Assembly: GCF_963921235.1 (NCBI RefSeq)
Contig: NC_086100.1
Span: 203,238,001 to 203,302,000, forward strand
Source of the DNA: Mobula hypostoma
Lineage: Eukaryota
Reading direction: 5' to 3'
Length of the DNA stretch: 64,000 nucleotides
In this document: in pieces, positions 12,051-24,900 of the stretch
Layout: each line of letters begins with the position of its first letter
How positions within the stretch are numbered: position 1 is the stretch's first letter
Made by a program: the position numbers and the translations under genes
The notes under the pieces: model-generated
Told to the model about the DNA's origin: nothing
Databases searched by the model: none
What the model saw: the letters and a program-made list of their open reading frames with translations, nothing else

Positions 12051-14432
12051 AGAAACTCTCGTTAGCCTGAATTCCCTACTGGAATCCCGCCCAAAGTGCA
12101 ACATAGAAATTCAAGAAGGCAATTTGGAGTTGCCAGATATCAGTTTGGGAGGATGGTGTAAATACAATGACAGATATTTAAGGTCAAGGGGTTGTTGTTC
12201 TGCTTTGTCCACTGGCCAAAACGCCCTCCACCCAAGAGGGTAACCGATAATAGGGGCAAAGGGGACTTCCGCCTGCAGCTCAATAGAGTAACACACAAAT
12301 TTTGTGGTTGCCTTTAATTCCTCCTTTTCCCCAGTTTAAGCTTTGAAGTTTTAACTTTTATTTGTCGGAGCTTGGAGGGGAATAGTTGTCATTATGTCAC
12401 AATCTTTAAGAAGTGGAAAACAGCTTTCTGAATCCAGCAATGGAAAGGGAAAAACTTCGAAAGAAAAATCAGAAGATATGCCTGTCTGGACTGAGCGTTT
12501 TGAACGTGCGTTGATGGCTCTCGACGACAAAATAGACAATAACACTTCTGAGTTGAAGTCGTTCCAAAAGAGTTTTCAGAATAGAGGGAAGTATTGTTTC
12601 CTTGAATACTGAGTTTAAAGAATCGAAACGTCAGATTGTGGATATTTCAACCCACTTGGAACAGGCTCAACGCAAGATTGTCGATTTAGAGGCGAATTCT
12701 CGTCGGAATAACATTCGAATTGTTGGACTGAAGGAAGGTTCTGAGAGTGGGAATTTATTGGACTATTTTGCCAATTTGTTTCAATCTCTATTTCAAGATA
12801 TTCTACCTCAGCCTCCGGATGTTGAAAGAGCTCATAGAATTTTCACTTCAAACTCTCAGATTTCAGGTAAAGCACGGCAAATTTTGGTCAATTTTCTTCG
12901 CTTTAAAGTTAAAGACCAAATCATAAAATGTGCAAGCAGAGAGTTTTTAAATTTAAGGGTTCCGAGATTCATTTCTATGAAGACTATCCACGGGAAGTGA
13001 TGGAATAGCAGATCAAATTTGATCCAGCTATGAAGATAGCTCAAGTAAAGGGATTATTTCCATCGCTCTGCTACCCTGCCAATTAAAACTATTTCCTAAA
13101 GATTCTACTCCACTTGTTTCTTTTGGATCCCCAAGTGGCATTGGAATATGTTAATTCTATCTTGGAGGCAGCTGAAGGATATTAGGTTTGCTGAGTAATT
13201 TTTCTGAAAGAAAACAGGCTTTGAAGATTTCTGATATGTTGAAGATATCCTTTGATCGATGGACTATTTAAAGAAGAGGTGAACTTCTTGGTTTGTGGAA
13301 TGAATGACTTTTTTGAAGTCTGGTATATGGAGTGAATTAACATAGCGGACATATTGTTAACTGGTTTGATTATCTGTTTCTTTTTTCCTTTTCTTTCATT
13401 AATTAAGTGATAGTTTTTATAGTTTATATAGACTTTTTCTTATATAGTGAGGAGGGTTCAGTAATAGATAATTAGCTTTAGTTTCTATATTAAAATCGGG
13501 TGGTAAACTAGAGGAATAATGGCGCCGATTTTCTCTTGTTAGAGATTATATTGTTTAGGTCTAATAGTATTGCATTGACGTGTCTGGAGACTGTTTTTGC
13601 ATTCCCTAGTTTAATTTCAATGAATAAATATCAACATCATCTTTTTCTCTGTTGGGCTTTCTTATCTTAGGGTAATGTGTTTTCTTTGTAAAGGGGAGGA
13701 AGGAATTGAGAGAAAAACTTTTAAATCACTATTGTTTTAATTGTTAAAGGAAGAATTTGTAATACAAAAATTGTCCTGGTTAATCTATATGACCTCATGT
13801 AGATGATCCTTCTTTATTTAAAACTGTATTTGGTTTATCACCAGACTTAAATGAATATATGTTGCTGATGGGAGGTGACTTCAAATGTTGTTTAAATCCT
13901 TTGATTGACAAGAGTTCAACCAATCAGCAGCTTCCAAGTTGTTAAGCCTCACTTATTAACTCCTTTTTAATTGTTTATGGTTTGATCGAATTTGGAGAAA
14001 TCTACGTCCTAATGATAGAGATTATTCTTTTTATTCACATGTCCATAAAAAATATTCGAGAATTGATTATCTTATAGCTGATTTCCGATTTTTGTCAAAA
14101 GTCCAGAATTGTGAACATGATGCTATTGCTGTTTTGGATCATGCACCTTTAAGTGTAAGTTTTGAATTGAATGATGTTAGTAATGTAAACTTACTTTGGC
14201 GTTTTCCATAAATTTTATTACAAAGTTCGGACATTGTCAAATTCATAGAGATTCAGATAAAAGATTTTTTTTCTTTTTAATAATACGGGAGATGTGTCGA
14301 AATTGATTATATGGGATACATCTAAAGCATATTTGCGAGGTCAGATAATCTCCTATTTGGCTAGGCTTAAGAAACAGACAAAAATAGAGTTAGATAGGAT
14401 TTCAAAACAAATTAAAGACATGGATAACACTT

Positions 14433-15606
14433 ACAACAGGAATTCTGCAGATGCTGGAAATTCAAGCAACATACATCAAAGTTGCTGGTGAACGCAGCAG
14501 GCCAAGTAGCATCTATAGGAAGAGGCGCAGTCGATGTTTCAGGCCGAGACCCTTCGTCAGGACGAACTGAAGGAAGAGTGAGTAAGGGATTTGAAAGCTG
14601 GAGGGGGAGGGGGAGATGCAAAATGATAGGAGAAGACAGGAGGGGGAGGGATAGAGCCGAGAGCTGGACAGGTGATAGGCAAAAGGGGATACGAGAGGAT
14701 CATGGGACAGGAGGTCCGGGAAGAAAGACAAGGGGGGCGGGGTGACCCAGAGGATGGGCAAGAGGTATATTCAGAGGGACAGAGGGAGAAAAAGGAGAGT
14801 GAGAGAAAGAATGTGTGCATAAAAATGAGTAACAGATGGGGTACGAGGGGGAGGTGGGACCTAGCGGAAGTTAGAGAAGTCGATGTTCATGTCATCAGGT
14901 TGGAGGCTACCCAGATGGAATATAAGGTGTTGTTCCTCCAACCTGAGTGTGGCTTCATCTTTACAGTAGAGGAGGCCGTGGATAGACATGTCAGAATGGG
15001 AATGAGATGTGGAATTAAAGTGTGTGGCCACTGGGAGATCCTGCTTTCTCTGGCGGACAGAGCGTAGATGTTCAGCAAAGCGGTCTCCCAGTCTGCGTCG
15101 GGTCTCACCAATATATAAAAGGCCACATCGGGAGCACCGGACGCAGTATATCACCCCAGTCGACTCACAGGTGAAGTGATGCTTCACCTGGAAGGACTGT
15201 TTGGGGCCCGGAATGGTGGTAAGGGAGGAAGTGTAAGGGCATGTGTAGCACTTGTTCCGCTTACACGGATAAGTGCCAGGAGGGAGATCAGTGGGGAGGG
15301 ATGGGGGGGACGAATGGACAAGGGAGTTGTGTAGGGAGCGATCCCTGCGGAATGCAGAGAGAGGGGCAGAGGGAAAGATGTGCTTAGTGGTGGGATCCCG
15401 TTGGAGGTGGCGGAAGTTACGGAGAATAATATGTTGGACCTGGAGGCTGGTGGGGTGGAAGGTGAGGACCAGGGGAACCCTATTCCTAGTGGAGTGGCGG
15501 GAGGATGGAGTGAGAACAGATGTACGTGAAATGGGGGAGATGCGTTTAAGAGCAGAGTTGATAGTGGAGGAAGGGAAGCCCCTTTCTTTAAAAAATGAAG
15601 ACATCT
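14433..15606 (-). mobile_element. Penelope-like element (Neptune-type), 5'-truncated: RT thumb, Cys linker, GIY-YIG endonuclease and terminal region with hammerhead motif
   Basis: The 247-aa ORF 14861-15604 has CKRNKCYTC and GVIYCVRCSRCGLLYIGETRRRLGDRFAEH. It interrupts the L1 ORF2 frame. Confidence 0.92.
14530..14563 (-). ncRNA. Minimal hammerhead ribozyme motif of the Penelope-like element
   Basis: Minus strand reads GTC-CTGACGA-AGG-GTCTCGG-CCT-GAAA-CATC-GAC: CUGANGA and GAAA cores, stem II AGG/CCT, stem I GTC/GAC. Confidence 0.7.
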
Positions 15607-18600
15607 TTCCTAATATTGATTTATTTAAATAAAGGGTTGAACTTCAATCAGAATATAATTTACTATCAATTATAGTATTGAAAGAAATTTGCTTAAATTA
15701 AAAAGTCAATTTTATGTGTTTGGAGATAAAAGTAACAAGCTATTAGCATCCAAACTAATGGCAGTTAGAGCTAAAAGACAAATTTTAAAAATTTGTAAGG
15801 GAGATGGTAGTTTAGCTTGTAACTATGAAGATATTAATAAAATGTTTCAAGACTATTACAGTGAACTCTATGAATCTCAGTTTCCAGCTGATCCTTCTAA
15901 AATGAATGCCTTTTTACAAAAGATTGATTTTTCTAGAATATCTGTTGAAGATCAACAAATTCTTGATACTCCTTTTACTGAAAGAGAAATTCAGAAAGCT
16001 ATTCTTTCAATGCACTCTGGTAAAGCTCCTGGACTGGATGATTTTTCTGTAGGATTTTATAAAAAAAAATGAAGATTTGCTTACTCCTTATATGTTGGAA
16101 ATGCTTAAAGATTCATTTTTATTAGGAGAGTTACCCTCCACATTTTATGAAGCTACTATCTTTTTAATTCTTAGGAAAGATAAAAACCCTACTGATTGTG
16201 CTGCATATAGACCTATCTCATGATTAAATGTGGATGCTAAAATTCTTTCAAAAATAATGGCTAATCGGTTGGAGAATATGCCAGCTAAAATTATTTCTCA
16301 GGACCAAACAGGTTATATAAAAGGCCGTTATTCTTTTTCTAATGCTCGGAGACTGTTAAATGTTATATACTCATTCCTCTCGAAGACTCCCCAATCTGTT
16401 GTTTCTCTTGATGCTGAAAAGGCATTTGATAGAGTTGAATGGAAATATTTATTTAACGTGTTAGAGAAATTTAACTTGGGTACTAATTTTAATCAGTGGA
16501 TTAGATTGATATATAAAGCCCTAATGCCACTGTTATTACTAATAACTGCAGATCCCTCGTTTTTTGACTTTCGTGGAGTACGAGACAATGTTGTCCGTTA
16601 AGTCCTTTGTTATTTAATTTGGTGCTGGAACCTTTAGTTATTGCACTTCGTGAAGCTGAAGATATTCAAGGAATTTCCATAAATGGGACTATTCAAAGAT
16701 TTCCCTTTATGCTGATGATCTCTTAGTTTATGTTTCGAATCCTGAAGAATCTATTGCTAGTTTATGGAAATTATTAAATGAACTTGGAAAGTTTTCAGGA
16801 GATAAATTAAAACTGCATAATAGTGAATTATTTCCTTTAAATGATTCTGCTTCTATATATGATGACATTCTTTTTAAAGTTAGGAATTCTTTTAAATACT
16901 TAGGTATTATCATCACTAAAAATTTTGGAGACCTTTATAGAGCTAATTTAGTTCCCTTAGTGGATTTTATGAAGCAATTATTTTCTAGATGGAATCCACT
17001 TACACTTTCATTAGCTGGTTGAATTCATGCAGTTAAAATGATGATTTCACCAAAATTTTTATATGTATTTCCAAATATTCCTATTTTTCTAACTAAGAAA
17101 TTTTTTGATCAGGTTGATTCTATTATTTCATCGTTTGTTTGGAATAATAAAAGACCAAGAATTTGAAAATATCATTTACAGAAATAAAAAAAATGATGGA
17201 GGTCTTGCTTTGTCTAATTTAAGAATGTATTATTGGGCGGTTAATATATGTTATGTGTGTTCTTGGTTATATTGGACTGATAAAAATGAATGACCATCTT
17301 GGGCTGATCTGTAATTTAAAGCTGTGAAACCATTTTACTTAACTTCGTTATTAGGAGCTTCTTTACCTGTACAACTGGCCAAAATTTCTATTCCAAATAT
17401 ATACCTTATGATCAAGCAGTCATTACTAATTTGGTATCAGTTTCGTAAGTTTTTTAATCTTAAACATTTTAACCTTCTTAGTTTAATTTATCGAAACTAT
17501 TTATTTAAACCTTCACTTCGTGATCCTACCCTTTCTCTTTGGAGGAATAAAGGAATTTATTCCTTTATGGATCTGTTTTAAGAAGGCCGATTGATGTCCT
17601 TTGAGAAATTAGTACTAAATATCCTCTCTCATACTCACACTTTTTGTAATATCTTCAGGTCAGACATTTCTTACAAGAATATTTAAGTAATTTTCCATAT
17701 ATACAAGATTCTGATCTGTTAGACATTATTTTAAAAATGAACCCTTTAGTGAAAGGTTTCATTGGGAAAATTTATAATTTACTATACAAAAGGATAATTA
17801 TCTTCCACTTAAGATTAAGCAGGATTGGGAAAGAGAGCTTAACATGACCTTGATAGCAGAGGATTGGTTGCGAATTTTGAAGTTGGTTAACTCTTCTTCG
17901 ACTTGCGCTAGCCACTCTCTAATTCAATTTAAAATTGTACATCATTATTATTTGACAAAAAAGAGACTGTCTAAATTATTTCCTAATGTTAATAGTCAGT
18001 GTGACAGATGTAAAACTGAGACAGCTATATTGACACATATGTTGTGGTCATGTTCTGCATTGAAACAGTTTTGGAAATCTATTTTTTCTACAATTTCTAA
18101 AGCTTTAAAAAATAATTTACTACCTAATAAATTGACAGTTTTGTTCGTTATAGTCCCTCAATATATTCATGGTCTGTCTATATCAGACCAATATATAATT
18201 GCATATGTTACACTATTAGCCAGAAGGGCTATTTTATTAAAATGGAAAGATACTTCTGCTCCCACTTTGATACAATGGTTCTCTCAGGTGATCTTATGTC
18301 TTAGTTTGGAGAAAATCAGAAGTCGAACTTTTGATCCTCAGTTTGACTTTGAGAAAAGGTGGGCCTCTTTTGCCCGCTACTATCATTTGATTTGAGTTAA
18401 TTAAGATGGTCCCCTTCTGATTCTTGTGTAAATGGATTTGGTTGGCGGATTGATGTTTTTCTTTTATGGAAGCTTGTATGGCATATAGCTCCGGGGTTGT
18501 GCTCCAAATGTTTTTTTTTGGTGAGGGTTTTTTTTTAGTTAGCAGGGGTTCTTTTTCCTTCTTTCTCCCCCCCCCCCCCCAAAATAGCTTTAACATTTTT

Positions 18601-19189
18601 TTTTTATATATTATTATTGATATATTGTTTAACTTGGTTGATAGTTTAACTCTTATTGTACATTTTGATATGTCGACTCGATTTCTTCAATGTATTTTTT
18701 GTTGTTGATTTTCAATAATAATTAATAGAAAGATTTAAAAAGAAAAGAAAGAAAATTTATTACTTGTTTAATTACTGCTTCTTTTTGCATTTGCACACTT
18801 TGTTGTCTTCTTTACTCTGGTTGAGCGTGCTTGTTGGCTGTTTTTTCATTGATTCTGTTATAGTTATTATCTATAGAATGGATAACTGTTATTATTTTAC
18901 CGATTTGTTGAGTAGACTAAAAAATAATCTCAGGGTTGTTTTTGGTGACATACATGTGTGTAACTCTCGCTTCTGCTAGTGGGCTAATAAAACGGATGGT
19001 AGCCCACAACCCGGAAAAACTTAAGAAATATTGTTTGGGTCGATGCTGCATGATGTGCCCCTGTTACAAATCAGGACAGATGGCAAAATATAGTATTAAT
19101 GGTAAGACTGTTGGTAGTGTGGTGGATTAGATGGATTTGGGGTCCGAGCCCATAGGACACTCAGAGCTGCTATGCAGGTTGACTCAGTG

Positions 19190-20150
19190 GAGAGCGGCCA
19201 GTGACTGAGTGGGCCAGTGAAGGAGTGGAGCTTTGAGGCTTTGGCTCGAGACGGTTTGGCGGTTTTGGCAGATGGATTGCACAATCAAGTCAATCAACAT
19301 TTGAACAACTCTGACTCAGCAGAAAGCAGCTGATTGGGGAATCGAGGTCAGGTGACCAAGTACTTTGAATGGGCAATCGAAAATTGAAAAGCTCAAACAA
19401 ATAAAAAGAGGGGTAGCTCAAACAGAGTGGCCAGTGAGTGAGTGGGCCAGTGAAGGAGTGGAGCATAGAGGCTTTGGCTCAAGAGGCTTCGCCGAGAAGA
19501 GGCGGAGGACGAGCATGCTCCCAGAGAGGTGAGGCCGGGTAAGTATCTTTAATTAATTTAATTAACTTGGAGTTGGTAATGGAGGCAGAAGATAAGGCGG
19601 TCCAGTGCTCCGATTGTAGGATGTGGGAAGTCATGGACAGCACAATTTTTCTCTGATGACTACACCTGCAAAATGTATATCCCGCTGCAGCTCCTGCCAA
19701 ACTGAGTTAGGGAACTGGAGCTGGAGCCGGATGAAATTCGGATCGTTTGGGAGGCAGAGGCAGTAATAGATTGAAGTTTCATGAGACAGTCACCGGCTGC
19801 ACCTGAACTGGAAAGTGAACAATATCCTGGTGGGCAGGTTTGCTAGAGCTGTTGGGAGAGGGTTTAAACTAGTTTGGCAAGGGAGTGGGAATCAGAATGT
19901 GCGTGCAGACATTAGGGTAGAAGGACAAGGGCATGATGCTATATGTTCTGAATTGGTGAGGAAGGACAGGCGGGGGATGAAACATAAATGTGGCCAATTA
20001 GGGGGTTGAAACGTGTCTATTTCAACCCTGGGAGTATTAGGAATAAAGGGGATGAACTTAGAGCATCGATCAGTACGTGGAACTACAATGTTGTGGCTGT
20101 TACTGAAACTTGGCTGAAGAAGGGCAGGATTGGCTGATGCAGGTTCGTGG
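19190..20150 (+). mobile_element. CR1 5' portion (duplicated 5' UTR unit, ORF1 Cys motif, internal deletion, start of ORF2 APE)
   Basis: Degenerate VQCSDCRMWEV and YTCKMYI motifs, then YFNP-SIRNK and VTETWL. Confidence 0.7.
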
Positions 20151-21580
20151 AATAGTGAGGGAGGAAACACCTCCTTCTGAATATGGCCAAAACCAGGGGG
20201 ACGTTGATTGATTTTAGGAGGAAGAGGACAGTGACGAGTCCTGTTTTTCTTCTGGGAGAAGTAGTTGCGGTGATGGGTAATACTTGGGTGTTTACCTCGA
20301 CAACAGACTTGACTGGAAAACCAACACCAAGACTGTTTCCAAGGAGGGGATGAGCAGACTCTATTTTCTAAGGAAGCCAAAATCCTTGAATGTGTGTGGC
20401 AGGATGTTGCAGGTCTTTTACCAGTCTGTTGTAGCGAGTGCAGTCTTCTTTGCCATTTTGTGTTGGGGGAACAGCATCGGGGCTGTGATGCAAAAAGACA
20501 AAACCAACTCATCAAAAAGTTGGAACCGTCCTTGGCCAAAACCGGGGTCTTTCGAGTTCGTGATGGAGAGGAGGTCACGAAACAAATGGTTATCCATTAC
20601 GGGCAATCAGGCATATCCTCTCCATGATGTACTGCAGAGCAGAGCACCCTTTCGAACAGACTCACTGAACACCACTGTCACAAGGATCTTTCCCATCATA
20701 TGTTATAACCATATACAACAGTTCATCTGCTAATCTGCCATCCACAGCTCTAATCTGCGAATTCAATTTACTGTTGACATTACATTGATAGGCCTAATCT
20801 CAAACAATACTGAGGTGCCCTACAAGGAAGAAGTTATCTCTCTGACACCATGGTGTCAAGAATACTACCAATGTCGAAAAACCAAGGGAGCTGGTTGTGG
20901 ATTACAGGAGGAATGGAGACGGGTAAACCCTATTGACATCAACAGATCTGGGGTTGAGAGGGTAAACAGCTTTAACTTCCTCACGACCATCATCACTGAG
21001 GACCTCATGTGGTCTGTACACACAAGCTGTGCGGTGAAAGAGGCCCAACAGCACCTTTTCCACCTCAGAAGATTGAGGAAGTATGGTATGGGCCTCAAAA
21101 TCGTAAGAACTTTCTACAGGGGCACAATTGAGAGCATCCTTACTGGCTGTATCACTGCCTCGTATGCGAACTGTACCTCCCTTAATTGAAGGATTCTGCA
21201 GAGAGTGGTGCGGACAGCCCAGCACATCTGTAGAAGCGAACTTCCCATGATTCCAGAAATTTAGAAAGACAGATGTGTAAAAAGGGTCCGCAGGATCATT
21301 GGGCATCCGAGTGACCCGAATCACAATCTATTCCAGCTGCTACCATCGGGGCAATGCTACAGCAGCATAAAAGCGAGGACCAGTAGGCCCTGGGTCAGCT
21401 TCTTCCACCGGGAATCAGACTGATTACTTCACGCTGATTTGAGAGTATTTCTATGTTACATTGACTGTTCTGTTTATTATAAATTACTATGATTGCATAT
21501 TGTACATTTAGACGGAGATGTAACGTAAACGTTTTTACTCTACATTTATGTGAAGGATGTAAGAAATAAAGTCAATTCAA
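20150..21580 (+). mobile_element. Two Rex1/Babar-like LINE 3' fragments
   Basis: YLGVYLDNRLDW...RLYFLRK (20284-20733) and ERVNSFNFL...HLFHLRRLRK...TIESILTGCIT (20785-21189); AATAAA tail at about 21566. Confidence 0.75.
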
Positions 21581-21819
21581 TACATCTTTCTGCGACAGAT
21601 CATAGTTCAAGAGTCTCTGCAATACTGTTTCATACATTATTATTGCACATTGGTACAGTATTATTGTGTATATTATTATCTCTACTTTATTTTTAGTAAA
21701 GTCTGCCCACTGCTAAGTGTGATTTTAAATATTGCTGCTGTAACGAAAGCATTTCCCACTCGGAATCAATAAGGTATTTATTCTTCTTCTTCTTATTATT
21801 CTCCAGCAAATTCACTGCT

Positions 21820-22010
21820 CTTGACTTTACTCCTCCCAGTCTCCCGTTTTCACCGATCACCTCATCTCCCCCCACATTCTGACTCCCTCCCTTCCTTTCC
21901 AGTCCTGAAGAAGGGTCTCGGTGTGAAACGCCGCCTGTTCACTCCTCTCCATAGTTGCTGTCCGCCCCCCCGAGTTTCTCCAGCATTTTCTGCGCGTTGC
22001 TTTGGATCAT
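21820..22010 (+). mobile_element. Penelope-like terminal fragment with degenerate hammerhead motif
   Basis: AGTCCTGAAGAAGGGTCTCGGTGTGAAACGCC at 21901, followed by CTCCAGCATTTTCTG, homologous to the terminus at 14433-14600. Confidence 0.6.
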
Positions 22011-22520
22011 TTTCGGCAGTTCAAACCAACACGCATGCGTAGTCGACGCGACCAATCCCGAATATCGCGCATGCGCAGAGTAGACGAGCGGCTACCAACG
22101 ATCGATGCAGGTAAGAGCTGCTCCGGGCGGGTATTTCATCACCGGCGTCTGAAACGCGACCGAAGGACAATTACTGTGATTTCCAGTCACACTGGTGCTG
22201 CACCCCACGACAGTCCTGGCCCTTACCCTCTCTCTCAGCCCCACGATCCGTACCCGGGCCCAAAGGAGCTCTCGTATCATAGGCCCTGGCGCCGCCGGCG
22301 GCATTTTTGCGGCGCATGCGTATTCCTGGATCTTTCGATGCCGAACAGGGAGCTTTCTCTGCGCGAGGGCTTCTGGGTAAAGAGGCAGCCATGAGCGATA
22401 GTACCGGCGTTGTCCCATATGGTCGAAGGAAGTGAGAGCGGATGTATCTCCCAAACACTGCGAGCTCCGGCTATGTAAATCCGAGGATTATGAACTCGAA
22501 ACAAGAATATAGTTCCCGGT
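21990..22520 (+). promoter_or_regulatory. CpG-island promoter and probable non-coding exon 1 of the zinc-finger gene
   Basis: Dense CpG. NRF1-type palindromes GCGCATGCGC (22067-22076), ACGCATGCGT (22031-22040) and GCGCATGCGT (22312-22321); CCAAT at 22052; splice donor CAG|GTAAGA at 22110/22111. Confidence 0.7.
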
Positions 22521-23004
22521 TAATCTCGGTTGAAGAGTTTACCTTCCAGTCAGTGAAAATGTCAATTAGTACTGTATGGAAATAAAACCTTCCGTCAGGT
22601 TCAGTTCTCTCTGGGTAAATAATGATATGAAACACCTTTGCCTCGATGACAAGTGACTTGTGGCTTTCACATCACAAAAGTGTCGCACTCCAATGACAAT
22701 AACCACTGCCCTCCACTTTATATTCATTGGCATTGCCATCAATGGGTTCATAACTGTCAATCAGCTGGTGGGAGATATCTGAGTAATCTCCAGATCATAC
22801 ATGTAGAAACAAGTGCTCTTTGTAATGTTGTGGAACATGACCAGAACTTGAAATAATACCAAAGGACAGAGACAAATTGAGCCAAGTCATAGGTTGATTG
22901 AAGTCAGAAATAGCCCATTCTCATACAGACAGGAATACAGTCAGAGAATATTTTGATGGTCAGTCAGAATGTCTGATCCGTGCCTTGTTAGAAAATGAGT
23001 GCAT

Positions 23005-24500
23005 ATAGAAACATTGAAATCTACAATATATTACAGGCCCTTCGGCCCACAGTGTTGTGCCATCCATGTAACCTATTCTGGAAACTGCCTCGGATTTCCC
23101 AACCACATTGTACTCTGTTTTTCTGAGCTCCATGTACATATCTAATAGTCTGTCAAAATCACTCTGGTATCTGACTCTGCCATCATCGCTGTCAGTGCAT
23201 TCCATGCACCTGCTACTCTGAGTGAAAAACCTACCTCTGACATCCCCTTTGACCCTACTTCCAAGCCCCTTAAAACTATGCCCCTCGTGTTTGCCAGTTC
23301 AGCCCTTGGAAAAAGCCTCTGGCTATCCACACGATCAATACCTTTCATCATCTTATACACATCTATCAGGTCACCTCTCATCTTCCGTCGCTCCAAATTT
23401 CCCTCAACCTATTTTCGTAAGGCAGGTTCTCTTATCCATGCAACATCCTTTTAAATCTCCTCTGCACTCTTTCTATGGTATCCACATCCTTCCTGTAATG
23501 AGATCACTGAATGCAATACTCTAAGTGGGGTATAAATAAGGTTTTATATAGCTGTAACAATACCTCACCACTCTTGAACTCAGTTCCATGGTTGATGAAG
23601 GCTTTATTCACAACAACGTCAATCAGCGCTGCAGCTTTGAGTGTAAAATTGACATGGACCCCCAAGATCTCCCTCATCCTGCACACTGCCATGAGTCCTA
23701 ACACAATATTGTATTCTGTCTTCATATTTGATGTACCAAAATAAACTACGGCACACTTGTCCCCTTCTGCCAGTTCTGCATTCTATCGATGGCCTGCTGT
23801 AGCCTCTGCACAACTGTCCAGACTATTCACAACACCCTCAACTTTTGTGTCATCAGCAAACTTACTAAACCCCCCCCCTTCTACTTCCTCATCAAGATCA
23901 TTTATAAAAGTCACAGAGAGAAGGAGTCTCAGAACACATCCCTGCAGAACACCAGTGGTCACCGTCCTCCAGGCAGTTTACAAACCATCTACAACCACCT
24001 TTTGGCTTCTGTGGGCAAGCCAGTTGTATATCCACAAAGCAAGGTCTACTTGGATGCTTGCCTCATTACTTTCTGAATGAGCCTCACTCGATGAATCTTA
24101 TCAAAAGTCTTAATGAAAACCATGTACACTACATCCAATACTCTACCTTCATCAGTGTGTTTTTTGACATCCTCAAAGAATTCAATCAGGTTCGTAAGGC
24201 ACAATCCGCCCTAGACAGAGCAATGCTGACTATCCCACATCAGATTATGCTTCTCCAAATGATCACAAATACTGCCTCTCAGGAGTTTCTCCAACAACTT
24301 GCGCTCCACTGAAGTAAAAACCACTGGTCTGTAATTTCTTGGCTTGTCTCTACTCCCTTTCTTGAAAAGGGAACAATCTCTTCTAATCCTGTGGTACTTT
24401 TCCTCTCCCTTTTGATCTGGGAAGATCATCGCCAGAGGCTCAGCAATTTCATCCCACACTTCCCACAGTGGCCTGGGGTATATTTCAAGTTGAGTTCCCC
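23005..24500 (-). mobile_element. Decayed CR1 LINE (RT and 3' end) in the predicted zinc-finger gene intron
   Basis: ERRKMRGDLIDVYKMMKG, PHLEYCIQ, FKKGSRDKPRNYRPV; tail at about 23005-23060. Confidence 0.85.
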
Positions 24501-24544
24501 CAACTTGAGTTGAAATAGGTAAAATTGTGATACCAGAGCTCATA

Positions 24545-24900
24545 TTCAGAAGAGATCATATAAAAACATTTACAATTTTGAAAGGAACAGATAAGATCGG
24601 GGCAGGAAAATTGTTTCCACTGGTAGATGAGACTAGAACTGGAGGACAATGCCTCAAGGTTCGGGGTAAATTGGGATGGAGATGAGGACGAACTGCTTTT
24701 CCCATAGGATCGTGAATCTCTGGATTTCTCTGCCCAATAGAATTTGACATATTTGGGGAATTAAGGGTTATGGGAAAAAGGCAGGTCGGTGGAGACGAGT
24801 CCACCGCCAGATCAGCCATGATCTTATTCAATGGTGGAGCAGGCTCGATGGGCCGGATGGCCGACTCCTGCTCCTACTTCTTTTGTTCTTATGTTCTTAC
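24545..24900 (+). mobile_element. CR1 3' fragment
   Basis: GGGCCGGATGGCCGACTCCTGCTCC stem-loop with a TTCTTATGTTCTTA tail. Confidence 0.75.

Larger units (their letters stand above)
12060..18760 (+). mobile_element. Near full-length L1-clade LINE (ORF1 about 12394-13180; ORF2 about 13733-18395 with its 5' part deleted; 3' UTR and A-rich tail), interrupted by a Penelope-like element
   Basis: ORF1 has SRRNNIRIVGLKEG and VERAHR. ORF2 has GGDF, SRIDY, DHAP, DAEKAFDRVEW, YADD and CDRC...HMLWSC. Tail AAAAAGAAAAGAAAGAAAA at about 18737-18755. Confidence 0.9.

Noticed and set aside
22002..22504. Overlapping ORFs and a possible structured RNA gene in the GC-rich patch
   Set aside because: ORFs are expected from GC richness; I recognised no tRNA, snRNA or 5S sequence. 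A CpG promoter explains it better.
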